From the NCBI GenBank assembly GCA_016839585.1, contig JAEOTZ010000084.1, positions 1 through 17,154 of the forward strand: a stretch of DNA of 17,154 bases. The letters are read 5' to 3'. This DNA comes from Promethearchaeota archaeon (GTDB lineage Archaea > Asgardarchaeota > Lokiarchaeia > Sigyniarchaeales > SOKP01). Within the stretch, counting starts at the first letter, position 1. Every line of letters starts with the position of its first letter. Shown here one piece after another: positions 8,934-15,325 of this stretch. The position numbers and the translations under genes were made by a program. Below the pieces are notes generated by a model. The model had not been told where the DNA came from and ran no database searches. It saw only the letters and a list, made by a program, of their open reading frames with translations.

Positions 8934-9563
8934 ATGCTAAAAACTGGCAATTTTGACCAAAATAACCAATTCCCTGAAGAAGAAGGTTTTAGACAGTTAG
9001 ATTTACTAAATAAGATATATAAACTTGATAATCAGAGAGAAATATTAATCAAAAAGTTGCATAAATTACAAAAAACCATAAAAAATAATCTCGATGAGAA
9101 TTTCTCAATGAAACTTGAAGCTTTAAAAACAGTTTCTGAGAAGATTGTTCAAAAGAAGAAGATTACCCTTTCTCAAATAAAGGATTCATATAACTTTTTT
9201 GAATTATCAAACCAAATTAAAAAATTGAAGCAATATGTTTTACACCTAAATAAAGCCATAAAAAGAAAAGAAATTGATGCCAACACTCATAGAATTACAA
9301 GAGATTATTATGAAGACAAACTTAAACTCCAATTTGATAATTTAAATAAGGTAAAAAGGATTGCTAAAGAATATATAATCATCCTAAAGAATCAGGAACT
9401 TCAATTAAGAGCGGAAGAAAGATTTATGAACTCAAATATTCCCAAGAAGATACCTTATATGCTCAATAATAAAAAAGTTAAAAAGAGTACTATATTACAA
9501 CAAAATGAATTAAAAGAAATTATTGATTTTTTAACCAAGCAAATTTTAAAGCGTAATCTCTAA
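8934..9563 (+). CDS. Hypothetical basic coiled-coil protein (209 aa)
   Basis: Long ORF, K/L/I/Q-rich heptad pattern, no TM. It starts 39 nt after the upstream gene and is probably co-transcribed. Confidence 0.7.
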   Translation: MLKTGNFDQNNQFPEEEGFRQLDLLNKIYKLDNQREILIKKLHKLQKTIKNNLDENFSMKLEALKTVSEKIVQKKKITLSQIKDSYNFFELSNQIKKLKQYVLHLNKAIKRKEIDANTHRITRDYYEDKLKLQFDNLNKVKRIAKEYIIILKNQELQLRAEERFMNSNIPKKIPYMLNNKKVKKSTILQQNELKEIIDFLTKQILKRNL

Positions 9564-9744
9564 AGTAAAAAATAGAATCAATTTGTGTATACTTTAAACA
9601 TTACTAAACAATAATATTTACCAAATATTTATGTGTACCAAATTAAAGCGAAGATTTTTATTATCGAGTAATACTATTTATTCTTAATAGACCAAAATCG
9701 TTATTCATTTAGTTTTATCAAAATATAATATTAAAAGAGATTAC

Positions 9745-11964
9745 ATGAAAATAAGAAGCCTTAAACGCATATTTGTTATTATAATTTTAATCACTTACTT
9801 TACAATGCCTATAAATGTAAATCTGTTACCTTTTGAAGTCTCTAAATTTCAAACTAATTATAGAACCTCATTAAATGATCCCCTACCTCCCATTAATTTA
9901 TCAAGACTACCTCCTATAGATTATGATTCTCTTTATTATGATTGGTATCATCCGAAAATCGAAATGCTAATTATTACACCTGATAATGAAAGTTTCATAA
10001 ACGCTGTAAAGCCCTTGATGGAATGGAAGAATGAAAAGGGAGTTAGGACACTAATTTTAAGCAATTTTTCTCTATATAATGGGAGGGATAAGGCTGAAAA
10101 GATTCGAAATATGATAGAGGATTATTATCAACGAGAAGATGTTCAATGGGTTCTTTTAGCTGGAGACGCTACCGAAGACTTAATTCCCACCAGAAATGTG
10201 TATAATCCAGATACTGTAGAATATGGTGGAAGTGAATATAATGGTTATGATGATTATTATAAGCCCACAGATTTTTATTATGCTGATCTCACAGGTTCTT
10301 GGGATGAAGATGGTGATGGAAAATGGGGTGAATCATCAATATACAATTCTCATGGTAAGGATGAGATTAATTGGATTCCAGAAGTGTATGTGGGACGTTT
10401 ACCTGCTTCTGATCCTTATGAACTTGAACTTATGGTAAATAAGACTATAAATTATGAGAAAAATCCGTATATAGGTGATTGGATGAGGAGAATGCTTTTA
10501 GCTGGAGGAATTTCAAGCTATACACCTCCTGAAGATGAAACCCGCTTAACAACCTATATCATTCAAAACTATGTACAACCTGAAATGAATTATACCCATT
10601 TATGTGAATATACCTCAAGTTATAACCCTCCAGATCCAACAGAAGATCTCATTCAAGCCAATTTTGTAAATCATTTTAATACAGGATATTCAACCATATT
10701 TTTCGCAGGTCATGGAAATCCTTTTAGTTTTATTAGAAATCCTTCTAATGGGATTGCTTATACTAATATAAATGCTCAGACATGCAGTAATTCAAACATG
10801 AGTTCTTTAATTTATGCGTTCGCATGTACAACCTCTCCTTTCGACCAAAATGATAATAATATCGGCGAAGTTTTAATTAAAAGAGAAAATGCTGGAGCTA
10901 TCGGTTTTATTGGTGGTATGAGAATAACATGGTATTTTGAATATGATACTAATCTTGAAAAACTAAACCGTGGAAATGCCAAGCTTTTCTGGAAGGAATT
11001 TTTTGAAAATAAAATGTTCCAACAAGGCAGAGCATTATATGATTCTAAAGTAGCTTATATGAATAGCGATTACTTTAATGATCCATCTGTTTCAATGAGA
11101 TTAGAATATGAACGTAAAAATGTGTTAACATATTGCCTTTTGGGAGATCCTGAGCTTGATGTATATACTAATCAACCAGTTCCAACTCAAAATCCCTTTA
11201 TTGATGAGATTTTTGAGGGTCAATATGTTTCAATTACTATCCAAGATGTTTATAATGAAACTTTGCCTAATGCAAGATTATGTTTTGCTTCTTCTGATGG
11301 ATTGTATCACACCTTTTATGCAGATAACAATGGGATATGCAATTTACACATTCCTGCTCTTGAAGATAAAACTTTTAATGTTACAATTACAGGACATAAC
11401 ACTATTCCTTCCTCTCTCATTTTTACCCTTGAATTAGATGTTTTAAGCCCTGAAATTTATAACCTGCAGATGAGCCCAAAGAATCCTAATGTAAGTTCTA
11501 CTATTCAGTTCAGTATTAATGTCGATGATCTACATTCTGGAATTGAAAGTGTGTATCTTTTACTCTCTAAAGATAACTTTACTACATTCTGGATTCATGC
11601 TATGGAAAATAATACTCAAAATCCTGAGAATGTGTATGAATGTTATATTTATGGAATAAATCCTGGAATATACTCATATGTAGCCATAGCAAGAGATTAT
11701 GCAAATAACTCTAATATTTTGTATGATAAAGCTTTTACTTTTAAAATTGTCAAGAATCCGAAAGAAGCAGATGTTTTTATTTTTATAATTATACTTTCCT
11801 CAATAATGGGAGCAATTGGGATTACCTCATTCATTATATTTAAATTTGTAAAGAAAAAGATCGGTAAAGAAAGAGAATGGGAATTAACCGCCATTAGTAT
11901 TAGAAGAAAAGAGAGGATGGATAAATTAAGAAAGAAAAAGAAATTGAAGTACCAAAAAAATTAG
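9745..11964 (+). CDS. C25 family (gingipain-like) cysteine peptidase, secreted and C-terminally membrane-anchored (739 aa)
   Basis: MLIITP...PLMEWKNEKG...WVLLAGD...PTDFYYADL.GSWDEDGDG...PEVYVGRLP; catalytic His in FAGHG and Cys in AFACTT; GAIGFIGG, YCLLGDPEL. N-terminal signal, Ig-like C-terminal domains, TM (VFIFIIILSSIMGAIGITSFIIF) and basic tail. Confidence 0.93.
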   Translation: MKIRSLKRIFVIIILITYFTMPINVNLLPFEVSKFQTNYRTSLNDPLPPINLSRLPPIDYDSLYYDWYHPKIEMLIITPDNESFINAVKPLMEWKNEKGVRTLILSNFSLYNGRDKAEKIRNMIEDYYQREDVQWVLLAGDATEDLIPTRNVYNPDTVEYGGSEYNGYDDYYKPTDFYYADLTGSWDEDGDGKWGESSIYNSHGKDEINWIPEVYVGRLPASDPYELELMVNKTINYEKNPYIGDWMRRMLLAGGISSYTPPEDETRLTTYIIQNYVQPEMNYTHLCEYTSSYNPPDPTEDLIQANFVNHFNTGYSTIFFAGHGNPFSFIRNPSNGIAYTNINAQTCSNSNMSSLIYAFACTTSPFDQNDNNIGEVLIKRENAGAIGFIGGMRITWYFEYDTNLEKLNRGNAKLFWKEFFENKMFQQGRALYDSKVAYMNSDYFNDPSVSMRLEYERKNVLTYCLLGDPELDVYTNQPVPTQNPFIDEIFEGQYVSITIQDVYNETLPNARLCFASSDGLYHTFYADNNGICNLHIPALEDKTFNVTITGHNTIPSSLIFTLELDVLSPEIYNLQMSPKNPNVSSTIQFSINVDDLHSGIESVYLLLSKDNFTTFWIHAMENNTQNPENVYECYIYGINPGIYSYVAIARDYANNSNILYDKAFTFKIVKNPKEADVFIFIIILSSIMGAIGITSFIIFKFVKKKIGKEREWELTAISIRRKERMDKLRKKKKLKYQKN

Positions 11965-12353
11965 TTACAAAATCTGAAGAGTTAATAATCACATTACAAT
12001 GAAATTATGATTTAAACATAGAAGTTTAAAAAAAATTGAATGATAATTTGGTGAATTGATTGAGAATAAGTAAAGATAATAAAGAGAATGGAATTTTATT
12101 CTATTTTACAATTCTTATTTTTTTGTTCTTTTTGATAATGATATTAATTTCTCCAATAATACTGATAAAACTTCAACTTTAATTTTATGTTATATAATTC
12201 TGTCTTAAAGTTTTATTAAAATACAAGAAATGTCCCCTTTCTATTTATACTGAAAATTCATAAAACTCTATGATTTATTAAGCAAAGAAAAATAAATTCT
12301 TTTAAACAAAGAAGTAAATAGAAGAGAAGCTCCTTAACATTTTCTAAATTAGA

Positions 12354-13037
12354 CTAATTTTTTTTTACAACATACATTTCAAGATCTAGCTCCTTTTCCT
12401 TTAATTCCAGAAACATAATTTTATTTAATTGTTCCAATGTATCTTTTAATTCATTTAATTTACTTTTTCTGAAATTAATATAAAAGTCGGTCCAAAACCA
12501 ATCCTTCCCTTCTTCAAAGTAATCTATATCATCTCCTATAAGAAAGAAGATTATCTCTTTACCATAATGTATCATAATTCCTTCCACACAATTAAGATTA
12601 AGAAATACAATATCTTTGGTTTTTTCTAAATCCTCTTTAGAATATTCCAAAAGACTCTTTTTAGAATTCCAAATATAATTTTTCCTGATATAACGTTTAT
12701 CAGTCAAAATTTCGAATTGTTCATAGTTTTTTAATTCTGTTCGTGTTAGTTGTTTCCCTCTTAACTTTTTAAAATCTGTTATTAAAAAAATGATGAATAC
12801 AACAGTTACTACTATTAAAGATGATATAACAATTGAAGGTACATATAAACTTTGAAATGAATTTAAAGTAACTATAAATCCTAATATCGTTAAAATAAGA
12901 AATATAAAATAACCTAATAAAAGAAATCCCCTAGAAGAATACCAATTTTTAACTTTATATCGATACCATAAAATCATTTCTCCTTCTTGTAGATATTTTC
13001 GTATGCTTTTCATAATTATAGATAAACTTGTTGACAA
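12354..13037 (-). CDS. Membrane protein, 2 TM + bacterial PH-like domain (227 aa); candidate partner/immunity protein of the orphan tip
   Basis: YLQEGEMILW, then two TM helices, then EILTDKRYI: the L..GE.ILW / .lTd.R pattern of membrane-bound bPH-domain proteins. TTG start; ATG at 13013 is an alternative. The immunity role is inferred from position only. Confidence 0.6.
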   Translation of the reverse strand: MSTSLSIIMKSIRKYLQEGEMILWYRYKVKNWYSSRGFLLLGYFIFLILTILGFIVTLNSFQSLYVPSIVISSLIVVTVVFIIFLITDFKKLRGKQLTRTELKNYEQFEILTDKRYIRKNYIWNSKKSLLEYSKEDLEKTKDIVFLNLNCVEGIMIHYGKEIIFFLIGDDIDYFEEGKDWFWTDFYINFRKSKLNELKDTLEQLNKIMFLELKEKELDLEMYVVKKN

Positions 13038-13090
13038 TTAATTTGTTAGAGATCACTATTATATCTCTTATTACTAATATTTCAAATTGA

Positions 13091-13125
13091 TATTTAAAAT
13101 TATTTAAAATCAAAATAAAAAAAAA
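13091..13125 (-). terminator. T9 tract after the orphan tip stop, followed by a tandem ATTTTAAATA x2 (possible TATA for the 227-aa gene)
   Basis: A9 at 13117-13125 on the plus strand, 9 nt past stop 13135. Exact 10-bp tandem TATTTAAAAT at 13091-13110. Confidence 0.4.
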
Positions 13126-13134
13126 TTAATAAAT

Positions 13135-14291
13135 TTAGTTATTCAATCTCCATGTTCCTACTCCAATGAGCACACCGCCAGCAATTAGTGACGTAACGCT
13201 ACATAATAATGCTATCTTAGACTTATCTTTTCTATTACGATTACCTAATAGTATGATTCCTACTGATCCAAGAAACAATGCAAAACTTCCTATTAGAAAT
13301 GAAGAATGAGCTTCTTTTAGCAATCTAAGTTCATTATCAGCAAACGGTCCTTTAATATTAAAAATTTCTAGCAAAAATTTAACAATATTCTCCCCAGATA
13401 ATAATAATTTAATTATTTTAAATAAAACAAGTAATTCAACTGTTTATGTTACACCACCAAACTTTTTCTTAAGCTGATACATATATTTATGTGGATCCAT
13501 TATATAACGAGAAACAAAGAAAAACACTAATGCTGAAATAATACACCCAGTTGCCATACCATAAATATATGGAACAGAAAAAGTGTCAGGTAAAAACATT
13601 ACTGTTAAGATTAAAATAACTATGCTAAGTACAAATGCAATAATCCCTAACCAATATATTATATCTCTTTTGGCTCCATCTAAAACTGATAGAGTTGCAG
13701 TATAAATACCAACAAAACCTCCGATTATTGAAAAAGTTAGTGCAACACCAAAAATAAAATCACTAATACCATTGATAGTTGAAGATAGGGAACTCGATTT
13801 TAAATGATGTATTGCTGATTGTCCTAGTCCATTATCATCTATATTCTCAAGAAGATCCACAGAAAAATTTGTAATCTCCAAATTTATTGAAAACATATTT
13901 AAAGAAATCTCTACAGAAAAACCACTCATATTAAGATTAATATCAAGAGTTGGTATATGAAAATCGATAAATTCATTGAATTCTAGTTTTACATCATATT
14001 TAAAAGAAAAATCAATATCCCCCTTGACATTTAGCTTATTAATCGAAGATTTTATATTAAGGTCTATAATAGTACCAAACAAGAACATTGAAGTTAAAAC
14101 TGTTATAAAAATAAAGAAATTGTAATTAATAGAGTAATAGCGAAAATTATCCATATAAGAATCAAAAGTAATACGCGAATGATCAGCCACAGGATAAATT
14201 CTAATATCGGTAGCCAATCCATTAAAATGTCCTTAACGAAATCTATAATCAACTCTACCAGCTCTAGAATCGCCATTCCAATGGTTATAAT
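13135..14291 (-). pseudogene. 5'-truncated orphan C-terminal cassette paralogous to the 3' half of the large gene at 15326-17154; one frameshift (~14105-14122) and one in-frame TAA (13444-13446)
   Basis: From 14291 it reads IITIGMAILELVELIIDFVKDILMDWLPILEFILWLIIRVLLLILIWIIFAITLLITI, versus IITIGMAILELIELIAEFVMEILMEWLPILGYILWLIIRVLMLIFIWIIFAITLLIII in the large protein. That frame stops at 14105-14103. Homology resumes in the frame of the 257-aa ORF (DLNIKSSINKLNVKGD...NEFIDFHIPTLD vs DLQINTKINKITVQGE...NNFFDIYYPTID). The 257-aa and 79-aa ORFs are in the same frame, separated only by TAA plus 23 open codons. Confidence 0.88.
14123..14291. repeat. Direct repeat copy 1 (hinge), homologous to 16315-16483
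   Basis: Ungapped alignment at offset 2192. 14201-14291 vs 16393-16483 gives 80/91 identical, including an exact 33-mer CAGCTCTAGAATCGCCATTCCAATGGTTATAAT (14259-14291). About 75% identity continues to ~14123; similarity ends abruptly at 14292. Confidence 0.95.
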
Positions 14292-14504
14292 TAAGAAAGA
14301 AAAAGAGAGTGAAGCACTAAAAAAATTAATTACATAGTGTTAAATTCTGAAAGGAATTGCGATTTACATCTTCTTGTTTTATATTGAAAAAGAATTAATA
14401 ATAATATATGAGGTTAATAATTCTTTATTCTACATATAATAAGATTATTATTAATGATATAAAGAATTTTTTATTGAATAAGAAAAATCACATAATTAAA
14501 TAAC

Positions 14505-15164
14505 CTATACTTTACCAAACTTTTTTTTTATTTTTGGAAATCTATATTTCTTGCTAAATTCATATAATTCCTGGCACTTAGGGTCGCTGAGTTTTAAAGA
14601 TTCTCTTCTTGATTCATCAATCAATATTTCCTTATCTAATTTTTCAGAAAATTCTGTTAAACCAGAGATTATTAATCTTTGGTTCTTATGATTAAAAGGA
14701 AAACACCATAACCTTACATTTTTATTTAAATTTAATCCAATAAATTGTATGGTATATCCAGAATACTCTTTTGGACCTAATCTGCCCCGGTAATAAGAGG
14801 TTTCCCAATACTCTTTGAAAATCTTAGTAGTCTTAATCTCAAACCAATTTATCATTAAAAACAAATGTTTTAAATAATAAAACTCAATTTTATCTTCAGT
14901 AATTAAAATCGTCGATTCTCGTCTTCCATACAGTAGCCAAATTATTAAATCGCATATAATTGGAATAACAAATATAAAAAAAAAAGAAAGATTAAACGAT
15001 GTGATTACATTAATCGTAGTCATATTAACTAAATAAAAAAACATAAATAATCCTGGCAAGGCTAGAAGAACTGTATATAAAAAATACATATATAATTTTT
15101 GAGAATTCGTAATCTCGACTAAATTTTTACTTGCTTTTCTGGATAAGTCCTTTGTTGTCGTCAT
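14505..15164 (-). CDS. Membrane protein, 2 TM + PH-like domain (219 aa); candidate partner/immunity protein of the expressed tip
   Basis: Two N-terminal TM helices, then STILITEDKIEFYY...INWFEIKTTKI, the '.i.itedgi...i.W.eI' pattern of membrane-associated PH-like folds. It lies directly downstream of the large gene. The immunity role is inference. Confidence 0.6.
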   Translation of the reverse strand: MTTTKDLSRKASKNLVEITNSQKLYMYFLYTVLLALPGLFMFFYLVNMTTINVITSFNLSFFFIFVIPIICDLIIWLLYGRRESTILITEDKIEFYYLKHLFLMINWFEIKTTKIFKEYWETSYYRGRLGPKEYSGYTIQFIGLNLNKNVRLWCFPFNHKNQRLIISGLTEFSEKLDKEILIDESRRESLKLSDPKCQELYEFSKKYRFPKIKKKFGKV

Positions 15165-15284
15165 TTTCGAAAAAAAATAAATGATAATTTTGATTTCTTA
15201 AAAACTATTCAATATATATTATTTATATATATTTAATTTTTTCTCTTCAAAGATTTCCTCATTTTGAAATTATAAATGTTAATT

Positions 15285-15294
15285 AAAAAAAAAA
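15285..15294 (-). terminator. T10 tract downstream of large gene stop
   Basis: A10 on the plus strand, 31 nt past the stop at 15326. Confidence 0.4.
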
Positions 15295-15325
15295 GAAATT
15301 GAATAAGGATTTTTAAATTCATTAT

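Noticed and set aside
8717-8950. 77-aa hydrophobic minus-strand ORF
   Set aside because: Antisense to Lys-rich coding sequence, which yields spurious Phe/Leu-rich ORFs.
8934-9563. CdvA/ESCRT-III-like assignment for the coiled-coil protein (RKEIDANTHRITRDYY resembles 'geI.e.tY' motifs)
   Set aside because: Only a short generic motif; no N-terminal PRC barrel or adjacent cdv genes.
10223-11894. Three short ORFs (10223-10438, 11156-11437, 11697-11894)
   Set aside because: All are nested in or antisense to the well-supported C25 peptidase.
11965-12353. Weak hairpin/terminator between convergent genes
   Set aside because: Only imperfect AT-only pairing and T-tracts, expected by chance at this composition.
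13135-14217. Treating the 79-aa and 257-aa ORFs as independent genes
   Set aside because: Same frame, separated by one TAA. The N-terminus of the 257-aa ORF is an off-frame reading of the hinge repeat, so both are parts of one pseudogene.
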